From: a virus
Taxonomy: Duplodnaviria; Heunggongvirae; Uroviricota; Caudoviricetes
Direction: 5' to 3' (one strand)
DNA length: 64,000 bases
IMG/VR virus record: IMGVR_UViG_3300044675_001501
Span: 1-64,000 of that record
How positions within the stretch are numbered: the first letter of the stretch is position 1; every line of letters begins with the position of its first letter. The position numbers and the translations under genes were made by a program. Under the pieces are notes generated by a model. The model was not told the DNA's origin and made no database searches. It saw nothing but the letters and a program-made list of their open reading frames with translations. Positions 1 through 6,607 of the stretch are shown here, one piece after another.

Positions 1-39
1 TTATTTCCCTGCATGTAAACATTAGTATAGAAATCCAAA

Positions 40-597
40 TTAAACTCCGTACATAAGCATCATAGCATCATAGGCGCAATCATGAATAGGATTGTGCTTG
101 ATTACATTGTGTCGTTTGAATGTTGGATGATCAACATCGCAGTAACCGTTCTTAGCTGTGGTAGATAAACAATCAACTGCTGTTCTGACATCACGCCAGT
201 TATTATACGGGAAAATAAGTTCTTCGTCAATCTTCTTACATAGCGAATCAATAATAACTTGATCGAAAGAACCTCGAGACCATACGGTATGATCACGACC
301 ATGCTTTGCGACATATTCTTTTAGAATGCGAATACCTTCTTGCGGTGTTAGATCTTGCGGAGTTGGGTCAAAAGAAGTAGCACGAATAGAAGGATGAATC
401 TTATCCCACCATTCTAATGTTTCTTTAGAGATTGATCTGTTATATTCTCTCGCTTGCAGTTTAGAATTAAACTTAACAAAACATGCATTGCTCAACATGG
501 TTTCATAATCGTCACCTTGTTGAACGAAGATTAAAGCAGCAGAAAGAACAACAGCAGTAGACTCAGCGTCTAGCGTCTCTATATCAAAAATGTACAT
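40..597 (-). CDS. DEDDh 3'-5' exonuclease (T4 DexA-like / Rv2179c-like)
   Basis: From the internal ATG at 597 the product starts MYIFDIETLDAES, which carries the Exo I DxE motif. An HNPIHDCAYD (H-x4-D, Exo III) motif lies near the C-terminus. GGAG sits 7 nt upstream of this ATG. The 20 extra N-terminal codons in the ORF track (598-657) overlap a promoter and are not used. Confidence 0.75.
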   Translation of the reverse strand: MYIFDIETLDAESTAVVLSAALIFVQQGDDYETMLSNACFVKFNSKLQAREYNRSISKETLEWWDKIHPSIRATSFDPTPQDLTPQEGIRILKEYVAKHGRDHTVWSRGSFDQVIIDSLCKKIDEELIFPYNNWRDVRTAVDCLSTTAKNGYCDVDHPTFKRHNVIKHNPIHDCAYDAMMLMYGV

Positions 598-628
598 GAT
601 AACTCCAATGAGAAATGCCTCAAGTATT

Positions 629-657
629 ATTATACCTGAGGCATTAATAAAAAGCAA
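629..657 (-). promoter_or_regulatory. sigma70-type early promoter (TTGCTT-17-TATAAT) embedded in a stem-loop
   Basis: The minus strand reads TTGCTT, a 17-nt spacer, then TATAAT. An 8-bp inverted repeat, ATGCCTCA (615-622) and TGAGGCAT (637-644), encloses the -10 element. Confidence 0.65.
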
Positions 658-662
658 ATGTA

Positions 663-995
663 TTATTGCACTTTTGCAGCACTTAGAATTTGAGCAGCTT
701 CTTCCTTTGTAAGAATTTCTAAACCACTACCAAAAAGTCTGCTGTATTCATTGATAAGTTTTTCAGCTGGCTCACACTCAGCAGCAATACTTGTCCAAAA
801 TACTTTGACTCTTCCATCTTTTGCAAAAGGCATATATGGTGCCATAACACCATCAGTCTTACCATCTGCTGTGCTCTTCAAGAAGATAATAGCAGGGTTG
901 ACTACTGAAAGATATTCAGGTGCTGTGCCTGCGGTATCATCTTCTTTTGCAATTAATACATCACCATTAATTAATCTAAATGTTCTTACGTTCAT
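663..995 (-). CDS. hypothetical protein (distant paralog of 14813-15286)
   Basis: The start is taken at ATG 995 (MNVRTFRLINGD), which has AGGAGA upstream and an ATGA overlap with the stop of the upstream ORF. It shares the pattern L.L..G..(I/V).A...P..I...G...APY..FA.D..(V/I).F with ORF 14813-15286. Confidence 0.6.
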   Translation of the reverse strand: MNVRTFRLINGDVLIAKEDDTAGTAPEYLSVVNPAIIFLKSTADGKTDGVMAPYMPFAKDGRVKVFWTSIAAECEPAEKLINEYSRLFGSGLEILTKEEAAQILSAAKVQ

Positions 996-1204
996 ATGTT
1001 CTCCTGTGCAATTAACCATTCGACCCATTCGCTCGCTTCTACATAATTAACGAACTGCTGGATCAATACCTTGTCAGCATCATAAACATGCTGAGCTACC
1101 ACCATGACAAACTTGTCATTGAATACGGATACCTTCAACAGCCAAGATGCTCTTCGCACAAGCTGATAAGATACTAGATGTTTGTAGATACGTGATTTCA
1201 TCAT
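992..1204 (-). CDS. hypothetical protein (70 aa)
   Basis: ORF on the gene-dense strand whose stop overlaps the next start (ATGA). No recognisable motif. Confidence 0.45.
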   Translation of the reverse strand: MMKSRIYKHLVSYQLVRRASWLLKVSVFNDKFVMVVAQHVYDADKVLIQQFVNYVEASEWVEWLIAQENI

Positions 1205-1225
1205 ACTTCTATTTAGTATGATGAA

Positions 1226-1245
1226 GTGGGGAGTTTCCTCCCCAC
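1226..1245. terminator. GC-rich hairpin downstream of hsp20 (8-bp stem GTGGGGAG/CTCCCCAC, 4-nt loop)
   Basis: Perfect inverted repeat. A T-rich run follows on the plus strand, and only a weak U tract follows on the minus strand. It may act as a transcript-end or stabilising hairpin. Confidence 0.45.
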
Positions 1246-1323
1246 CAGATTTATTTTTGATTTGGATTTGTTGGAGTCTTTCCGTTTACCCAATCCCAAT
1301 CATCATCTGTCATAGGAAGCCAA

Positions 1324-1848
1324 TTACAACCTTTCTGATAAATCATCTTTTTCCTTTTCTGTTAAAAGTTGTTTATCAGTTTTCTTCGCTTCACCTTTTT
1401 CTGCAATATCAATTTTCTGTGGCTTCTTATGCTCAGGAATAATACGCTCAAGAGCAATCTTCAACATACCATTAATTAATTCTGCACCTTTGATCTCTAC
1501 TTGATCATTCAGCGCAAAGGTATGTGTAAAGTTACGAGTAGCGATTCCCTTATGCAACCACTCTAGTGCTGTGTTATCTTCATTTGCCTTACCTTTAACA
1601 ATTAGTTTGTCATCAGCAAATTCGATTTCTAGTTCCTGTTTTGTGAAACCAGCAACAGCCATCTCAACAACATACTTATTTTCTGCTGTCTTCTTGATAT
1701 TGAATGGTGGATAGTTTGGAACATTTTTGGTCAGATCGTCATGCATTTTTGCTAGACGATTGAATTGATCATCGAAACCGACAAAGAACTTGTCGAAATC
1801 TTTGAACTGAGGGTGTAACATTGTATCTGGTAGCCATTTGTGTACCAT
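1324..1848 (-). CDS. hsp20: small heat-shock protein, Hsp20/alpha-crystallin family (IbpA-like)
   Basis: The alpha-crystallin domain pattern is present: PPFNI...YVVEMAVAGFTKQELEIEF.DDKLIVKGK...R.F...F.L...V.I.GA.L.NGML.I. AAGGAG lies 7 nt upstream of the ATG. Confidence 0.85.
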   Translation of the reverse strand: MVHKWLPDTMLHPQFKDFDKFFVGFDDQFNRLAKMHDDLTKNVPNYPPFNIKKTAENKYVVEMAVAGFTKQELEIEFADDKLIVKGKANEDNTALEWLHKGIATRNFTHTFALNDQVEIKGAELINGMLKIALERIIPEHKKPQKIDIAEKGEAKKTDKQLLTEKEKDDLSERL

Positions 1849-1870
1849 AATAGTCTCCTTATTAAGCGAG

Positions 1871-1898
1871 TTATAAAATTACTACCCCGAAGGCGTAG
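1871..1898 (-). terminator. UUCG-tetraloop hairpin followed by a U-rich tract (candidate partial terminator after pqqA)
   Basis: The minus strand reads CUAC-G-CC-UUCG-GG-G-GUAG followed by UAAUUUUAUAA. It lies between the pqqA stop and the hsp20 RBS. Confidence 0.45.
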
Positions 1899-1909
1899 CA
1901 GTTTAAATA

Positions 1910-1961
1910 GTCGGCTTTTAACGTAGTTACCGACCAACTACGTTCCCATCCCGATTGGGAT
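1910..1961 (-). other. structured RNA element downstream of pqqA: 5-bp hairpin, 9-bp hairpin and possible H-type pseudoknot
   Basis: On the minus strand, AUCCC-AAUC-GGGAU occupies 1948-1961 and AACGUAGUU-GGUCGGU-AACUACGUU occupies 1920-1944. Loop bases GUCGG are complementary to CCGAC (plus 1910-1914), which begins 5 nt 3' of the stem. Confidence 0.4.
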
Positions 1962-1970
1962 CAGATTTAT

Positions 1971-2042
1971 TTAGCGATTTGCGATATACATTGTAATCTC
2001 AAATCCAAAACGCATATCAGTAGCTACTGGTTTTGTCCACAT
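1971..2042 (-). CDS. pqqA: PqqA-like peptide (pyrroloquinoline quinone precursor), 23 aa
   Basis: The minus strand has AAGGAG, a 7-nt spacer (ATAATT A..), then ATG TGG ACA AAA CCA and onward, giving [23 protein letters not shown] followed by TAA. It has the M-W-x-K-P leader and the E-x-x-x-Y core (E15, Y19) typical of PqqA, and the length is typical (22-24 aa). It is too short to appear in the ORF track. Confidence 0.8.
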   Translation of the reverse strand: MWTKPVATDMRFGFEITMYIANR

Positions 2043-2060
2043 AATTATCTCCTTGGTTAA

Positions 2061-2106
2061 TTGTCCGAACTGGACAATAATACTTATCCCTACTGTGGCG
2101 ATAAGT
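2061..2106 (-). other. two hairpins in the regA-pqqA spacer
   Basis: The inverted repeats are TTGTCC/GGACAA (2061-2077) and ACTTATC/GATAAGT (2082-2106). Both lie upstream of the pqqA RBS on the minus strand. Confidence 0.4.
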
Positions 2107-2140
2107 CCCTAAGGATTTTCATTAAAAACTCATAAATTAT

Positions 2141-2557
2141 TTAGCGTTTTTTTCCGATATTATACTTAGGAACTAATTCCCATTCATCTTTTTCTTTATG
2201 CGTAACTACTTTAATCTGCGACAAAGATGCTTTCGGCTCTGACTTAGATGGTAGCATAATCTTTAACAAACCCCAATCTTGCAAAAGACCAGCAATAGTA
2301 TTGCGTCTCTCAACATCATTGGATGTAATGTTAGATTCTTTACCGTCTAGAGCGAACAGCTCTTTAAAGTGCACAATAAAGTACCTGCCCTGCTTATGTA
2401 AGATATGGCAAGACTGGTATAATTTTTTATCTTTACGGGAAGCGATACCAATACGAGTTAGAGTCTCTCTAACCTTCAGGAAATTGTCTGGTTCTGGTAG
2501 GGTCACTTCTAGCATGGACTCTGGAGTCCAATCGTAATAAACCATTTCAACACTCAT
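2141..2557 (-). CDS. regA: RegA translational repressor of early genes
   Basis: Strong resemblance to T4 RegA: PE(D/P)(F/N)FLKV(K/R)ETLTR(M/I)GIA..KDK.LYQSCHIL.K.G.Y.IVHFKE...DG, with a C-terminal E.W.LVPKY.IG. It sits in the canonical position after gp62. Confidence 0.9.
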   Translation of the reverse strand: MSVEMVYYDWTPESMLEVTLPEPDNFLKVRETLTRIGIASRKDKKLYQSCHILHKQGRYFIVHFKELFALDGKESNITSNDVERRNTIAGLLQDWGLLKIMLPSKSEPKASLSQIKVVTHKEKDEWELVPKYNIGKKR

Positions 2558-2943
2558 GATTTTCCACCCTTATATAATTTTTCTTCTATTTCTTTCAGTT
2601 GATCATCCGTAAGTATGCTCATAGCAACTTTCGCCTTTTCATCAGAATACTTAAAATATTCTTTAACTAAGGAGAAGTGTTTACCTAATTTTTCCTTTTC
2701 GTTCCATTTGGAAAAACGCTTCTTCTTAACTACACTATTTAGTAAAAACGAAAATTGCCATTCTGGTGGAATCTGTGAGTACTGGTTTACTACATTAGCA
2801 TATGCTACAGTGTCTACAAAGTAAGACAAGCCCCTGTTAATGATAAAGGCGCTCTTCTTGTAGTCCTTGGAAGCCAAAGAATCCTTCTTTAGCAAGTCCT
2901 CCTTTGTGTAGGAAATAGCGTTAATAAAGTCAAATGGATTCAT
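2554..2943 (-). CDS. gp62: clamp-loader small subunit gp62
   Basis: Located between gp44 and regA as in T4. It has the KDY.K..F..N..LS.F motif and an RFSKW/K(R)YGKW-like motif. The stop overlaps the regA start. Confidence 0.7.
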   Translation of the reverse strand: MNPFDFINAISYTKEDLLKKDSLASKDYKKSAFIINRGLSYFVDTVAYANVVNQYSQIPPEWQFSFLLNSVVKKKRFSKWNEKEKLGKHFSLVKEYFKYSDEKAKVAMSILTDDQLKEIEEKLYKGGKS

Positions 2944-3254
2944 GATAAGTTCTCTAGGACTTCTTTTTCTACAATAAATTTAGTATTGGGATAACGCTTA
3001 ACCATGGCTTCCAGCAAAGAATCTCTGGTGTTACCCTGAGCGATAAACTCATCGGTGTCATAGTTATATGCGAAAAGGAATCCCTGCTCTTTTTCGAAGT
3101 ATATACGGACTATCTCCTGGTCATCCTGGTGCTCTTCCATCTGATTGAGCATTTTCCTGACTTCATTCTTTGCAGTCAGTTCTCGTAATGCCCAACCAAG
3201 TTTATAGCACATCCAACCATAGAGTAGGATAAGTAATAGATCTAAGACGTTCAT
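2940..3254 (-). CDS. N-terminally membrane-anchored hypothetical protein inserted between gp44 and gp62
   Basis: The start is taken at ATG 3254 (MNVLDLLLILLYGWMCYKLGWAL), which forms an ATGA overlap with the gp44 stop. It has one predicted TM helix followed by a soluble domain. Confidence 0.55.
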   Translation of the reverse strand: MNVLDLLLILLYGWMCYKLGWALRELTAKNEVRKMLNQMEEHQDDQEIVRIYFEKEQGFLFAYNYDTDEFIAQGNTRDSLLEAMVKRYPNTKFIVEKEVLENLS

Positions 3255-4192
3255 TTGAATTTGCAATTTACCATTAGTTCAGTCAACGCTGCCATCATAT
3301 TTATTTCCTGATCAGCTACGAAAGCAGACTTGTACTGATAGTCTGCTAGGGTTACCACTAGCTGAGGGATAGATGATGGATCCATAATCTCAATTGCTTT
3401 GTCATAAAGATTACGGAAAATATGGGCAGTTCCCATATCAGCATTCTTACCAACCCAACGACGAATGTCTGTATACTTCTTCGTCTTTAGTAAATCTACA
3501 AGTTCTTTAAATGATTCATCACTAACATTCAGAAGAATACCAGAATCAATCTTACCTGAAACTGAATAACGCTGAAGTTCATTCAGAGTTCTACGGAAGT
3601 CTGGGAAATGTTTTGTGACGAGTTCAGCTACAACCTTAGAGTCAAACTCTACCTGTTCAGAAGATAGAATGTCAACAATACGCTTATAGAAAGCAGCTGC
3701 GATCTTTGGCTTCTCGCCATTGTCGATTTTAAAATCAACATTAATGCAGCGAGACTGAAGAGCATCAAGAAGACGATGCTTAAAATTACAAGTAAAGATG
3801 AAGCGGCAATTGCCAGCAAACTCTTCAATAAACGCACGCAATGCAGGTTGTACTGAGTCGGCATTCATATAATCAGCCTCATCAATAATAACAACCTTCT
3901 TTGCTTCTGTCAAAGAAACAGTTGAAGCAAAAGATTTAATAACAGTTCGGAGAGTGTCGATAGAACGACCTTCGTCCGAACCGTTAATCATCAAATATTC
4001 TGCGCCAACTTCATCACATAGTGCTTTTGCTACAGTAGTTTTACCAACACCAGCTGTTCCGCTGAAAATAAAATTAGGAAGTTCACCACTAGCGATGAAC
4101 TCCTTAAAAGTTTTCTTCAGAGATTCTGGTAAAATACAATCATCAATTTTCTGCGGACGATACTTCTCAACCCACAAATAGTGTTCACTCAT
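3251..4192 (-). CDS. gp44: clamp-loader large subunit gp44 (AAA+ ATPase)
   Basis: Contains the N-terminal WVEKYRP motif, Walker A GTAGVGKTT, Walker B IIDEAD and the SRC motif (LQSRC). Synteny with gp45 and gp62 supports the call. Confidence 0.92.
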   Translation of the reverse strand: MSEHYLWVEKYRPQKIDDCILPESLKKTFKEFIASGELPNFIFSGTAGVGKTTVAKALCDEVGAEYLMINGSDEGRSIDTLRTVIKSFASTVSLTEAKKVVIIDEADYMNADSVQPALRAFIEEFAGNCRFIFTCNFKHRLLDALQSRCINVDFKIDNGEKPKIAAAFYKRIVDILSSEQVEFDSKVVAELVTKHFPDFRRTLNELQRYSVSGKIDSGILLNVSDESFKELVDLLKTKKYTDIRRWVGKNADMGTAHIFRNLYDKAIEIMDPSSIPQLVVTLADYQYKSAFVADQEINMMAALTELMVNCKFK

Positions 4193-4209
4193 AATATATC
4201 CTCAATTGT

Positions 4210-4494
4210 TTACTTAGAATGTACTGCCTTTAAAGTGCGCTCAAAAATAAGTCGCATATTTTCGTCATAAACATCATCATCAAATTCATCTTGCGTCATA
4301 CATGGTTTAGTTTCAGCCTCAGTCATCCATTCTGGAGGGTTGCCGAAAAAACCAATTGGGGCAAGTGCCATACGGAATCTTATCATAGAGCCTGACATAC
4401 CTAGCTGAGTATCACCTGGAGCAGCATGCTCAGCGATCAGTTTGCCACGACGAACCAATTCCATAATCACTTCATCACGTTGTGTAGTAATCAT
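4210..4494 (-). CDS. hypothetical protein inserted between gp45 and gp44
   Basis: A 94-aa ORF on the coding strand with an acidic C-terminal half. No motif recognised. Confidence 0.45.
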   Translation of the reverse strand: MITTQRDEVIMELVRRGKLIAEHAAPGDTQLGMSGSMIRFRMALAPIGFFGNPPEWMTEAETKPCMTQDEFDDDVYDENMRLIFERTLKAVHSK

Positions 4495-4496
4495 AA

Positions 4497-5159
4497 TTAT
4501 TCAAATGTAGAGTCAGCTTCAACAGCAACGAAATAAACTAAATCTGAAGTAGAAGATTGGAAACGACTGATCTTCTTGTTAGAGATTGCGACAGAATAGT
4601 TTCCTGGGATCATCTTAAGATTATCTACCTTCAAGTTTACCTTGAACGATTTATCAGTGTCAGAAAGTGCAACTTCATAAGCATTAGCTGCTGCATTCTT
4701 TTTGTCAGCAACAACGATCTTCATTTTAGAACCATCACCAACTACGCTTACGTCAGCTGAGTGAAGAACAGAAGCAGTACGCTGAACCATAGCAAGAGTT
4801 GCTGCGGTTAAGTCAAAAGTAATATCTTCTGATGGCAGTTGAATCTGCTTTGCTGGAGGAATAGTCAAAGTGCCAGCATCAGCAGCATAGTAACGAATAG
4901 AGTTATTACCTTGCTTGATACGAACAGACTTCTCAGAGAACTCTAGATCGGGATCTTCAAACAAAGATAATGCGCCAAGGAATTCATTAAGATCATAGAT
5001 AGCAAACTCGCTATCGAAAGTCTCAGGAACTGTGATAGATGCCATCACGTTTTTCTGAGCAGAAATCGTTGCGAGTTTAGAACCTTCTTTGATCAAAAGG
5101 TTTCCATTAATGGATGCGAAATTCTTTAGAACTCCGACTGTTTCTTTAGATAACTTCAT
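4497..5159 (-). CDS. gp45: sliding clamp gp45
   Basis: The start is taken at ATG 5159 (MKLSKETVGVLKNFASIN), with AGGAG 8 nt upstream. The size of about 220 aa and the position upstream of gp44 are typical of T4-like clamps. Confidence 0.8.
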   Translation of the reverse strand: MKLSKETVGVLKNFASINGNLLIKEGSKLATISAQKNVMASITVPETFDSEFAIYDLNEFLGALSLFEDPDLEFSEKSVRIKQGNNSIRYYAADAGTLTIPPAKQIQLPSEDITFDLTAATLAMVQRTASVLHSADVSVVGDGSKMKIVVADKKNAAANAYEVALSDTDKSFKVNLKVDNLKMIPGNYSVAISNKKISRFQSSTSDLVYFVAVEADSTFE

Positions 5160-5198
5160 ATTTTCTCCTATCAATTAAACACATAACTATGTATATAC

Positions 5199-5227
5199 AT
5201 TATACCCCAGAAATGGGGTATAGTCAA
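5199..5227 (-). promoter_or_regulatory. sigma70-type early promoter (TTGACT-17-TATAAT) with stem-loop in the spacer
   Basis: The minus strand reads TTGACT, 17 nt, TATAAT. A 7-bp hairpin, TACCCCA-GAAA-TGGGGTA (5203-5220), fills the spacer. The promoter lies upstream of gp45. Confidence 0.65.
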
Positions 5228-5228
5228 A

Positions 5229-6026
5229 TTATTTTTGCATCATCAAAGCATTGAAGTTAGCAGGAACAACAATGGTCTGCACTCGACCATTCTTAATACC
5301 CTCAGAGATATTCAACGCAGCTTGAGCTTGCATAAAAGCAATAGAACTGGCAGAGTTATTGGCAAGAGCAGCCATACGCTCAGCTTCCTTCTTAGCAGTT
5401 TGAACCTCTACTTCTTTCTGCTTGTATTCATTCTTAGCACGAACCAAAGCATTAGCAGATTCAACAACACTGTCAGCTGGGACTACGTTACGAATTAAGA
5501 CTTGGCTAATTGTAATTGAACCATCAAGTTTTTCTTCAGCAAGATTCTTTTGAATCTCTTCTTGAATCATACGCTCCATATTCTCACGATTGTCTGCCAT
5601 ATCAAGTGCTTCATATTTACGAGCAGCTTTATAGATGGCATTACGAGCATTCTGAACAACGTAGTTATACATTACGTAGGTGTCACCCTTGAACTCAGCG
5701 TGGAATGCTTTGTTCTTAGTTGAGTAGAGTTCTGCTACAGTTTGTGGATTGATGTTGTAAACAACAACAGCATCTAGATCTTTCATAGTGCTATTATCTT
5801 TTGCTACTGGAGTCATATCCTGAAGGACTACGTTAACATCTTTCACTGGGAATGTCAAAACATCACCAATCATAGTTTGGTTAAAAGATCCAGGCAGCAA
5901 CTCTCCTGGTTTAACCTGCTTATCAAAGCCAACTCGAACACCAACCTCGCCTGTCTCAATACGAGTGCAGCCAGTAGCCAGAGCAACAGTAGCAACCAGA
6001 GCAGAGATTTTCAACATTTGTTTCAT
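5229..6026 (-). CDS. SPFH/band-7 (stomatin/prohibitin/HflK-C-like) lipoprotein
   Basis: The signal peptide carries a lipobox (ALVATVALATG-C). The body is SPFH-like (GEVGV...V.PG......V..D..V.V.Y.I), followed by a coiled-coil tail rich in A/E/K/Q. The start is probably ATG 6026, based on SD spacing. Confidence 0.8.
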   Translation of the reverse strand: MKQMLKISALVATVALATGCTRIETGEVGVRVGFDKQVKPGELLPGSFNQTMIGDVLTFPVKDVNVVLQDMTPVAKDNSTMKDLDAVVVYNINPQTVAELYSTKNKAFHAEFKGDTYVMYNYVVQNARNAIYKAARKYEALDMADNRENMERMIQEEIQKNLAEEKLDGSITISQVLIRNVVPADSVVESANALVRAKNEYKQKEVEVQTAKKEAERMAALANNSASSIAFMQAQAALNISEGIKNGRVQTIVVPANFNALMMQK

Positions 6027-6038
6027 GATCATTTTCCT

Positions 6039-6215
6039 TTAAAATAAAACAACAATACCAACCATAACAATTACAACCAAAGCAGAAATACCAAGAGAGT
6101 ATGCTGTAATTTTAGCAAGACTCAATTTTTCTTTGTTAGTCATTTTTCTAAACATGTCTATGCCAGTAAAGAAAATAATAAACAAAGAGATGAAAGCGAG
6201 AACTATCTTAATCAT
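6039..6215 (-). CDS. small two-TM membrane protein, translationally coupled upstream of the SPFH gene
   Basis: Not in the ORF track (58 aa). The product is MIKIVLAFISLFIIFFTGIDMFRKMTNKEKLSLAKITAYSLGISALVVIVMVGIVVLF. Its ATG overlaps the stop of ORF 6212-6550 (ATGA), and it ends 12 nt before the SPFH start. Confidence 0.6.
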   Translation of the reverse strand: MIKIVLAFISLFIIFFTGIDMFRKMTNKEKLSLAKITAYSLGISALVVIVMVGIVVLF

Positions 6216-6550
6216 TTTTCTTCCTTAGAATATTTTACATCATGCTCATATAGAAAGTAAAGGCAGCACATTGCATGCGCCAAATGATGAATACCAGATT
6301 CAGGATCTAATTGTTCACCTTCTTTCCACGCCCATAGATGTCTTTGCATAGCATCAAAGTATCTACGCTTAGAATCGGGAACAAATTTCCAGTTGTCTGG
6401 TTCATATTTTTCTGCTCCGAATGTAAGGACTTTAACCATTTCTTTCAGAGCGAGTGGTGGGACTAGCCCATATTGAAGTTTGCCACCATCAAACTTTCTA
6501 CCGCCAGTGGTAGAATTCTGAGATTGTTCAATTTCTTTTTTAGTTGCCAT
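6212..6550 (-). CDS. dATP/dGTP pyrophosphohydrolase-like protein (MazZ/DUF5664-type all-alpha NTP-PPase)
   Basis: Motif string: FD.GK..Y.L.P..AL..(V)..VL.FGA.KY...NW......R.Y..A..RH......GE..D.ESG..HL.H. Recognised from memory of the phage dNTP pyrophosphohydrolase N-terminal domain. Confidence 0.55.
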   Translation of the reverse strand: MATKKEIEQSQNSTTGGRKFDGGKLQYGLVPPLALKEMVKVLTFGAEKYEPDNWKFVPDSKRRYFDAMQRHLWAWKEGEQLDPESGIHHLAHAMCCLYFLYEHDVKYSKEEK

Positions 6551-6573
6551 AGATCCTCCAAGTGAGAATGACT

Positions 6574-6596
6574 ATGGGCACTCTAGGAATGCCCAT
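6574..6596. other. intergenic hairpin (7-bp stem ATGGGCA/TGCCCAT)
   Basis: Inverted repeat between ORFs 6608-6853 and 6212-6550. No U tract follows. Confidence 0.35.
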
Positions 6597-6607
6597 AAGC
6601 AGGTCAC

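Noticed and set aside
598-657. The N-terminal 20 codons (MLFINASGIIILEAFLIGVI) of track ORF 40-657, which look like a TM helix.
   Set aside because: The segment coincides with a TTGCTT-17-TATAAT promoter and a stem-loop. The internal ATG at 597 has a GGAG SD and starts directly at the exonuclease Exo I motif.
1251-1313. A tiny ORF, MTDDDWDWVNGKTPTNPNQK, in the gap after hsp20, ending just before the GC-rich hairpin.
   Set aside because: It has no recognisable Shine-Dalgarno sequence (TTGGCTTCCT precedes the ATG) and no recognisable family. Unlike pqqA, it has no support beyond being open.
1849-1970. A possible tRNA, tmRNA or riboswitch in the three-hairpin region downstream of pqqA.
   Set aside because: There is no acceptor-stem pairing of the ends. 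The 9-bp stem with a GGUCGGU loop lacks U33 anticodon-loop geometry. The UUCG hairpin is not a T-arm. I could not match the region to any riboswitch consensus I know, including the glutamine riboswitch types seen in marine phages.
6212-6550. Reading the MazZ-like pyrophosphohydrolase as evidence for a 2-aminoadenine (Z) genome.
   Set aside because: No purZ or datZ neighbours are present in the window. The family also occurs widely in phages with canonical DNA.
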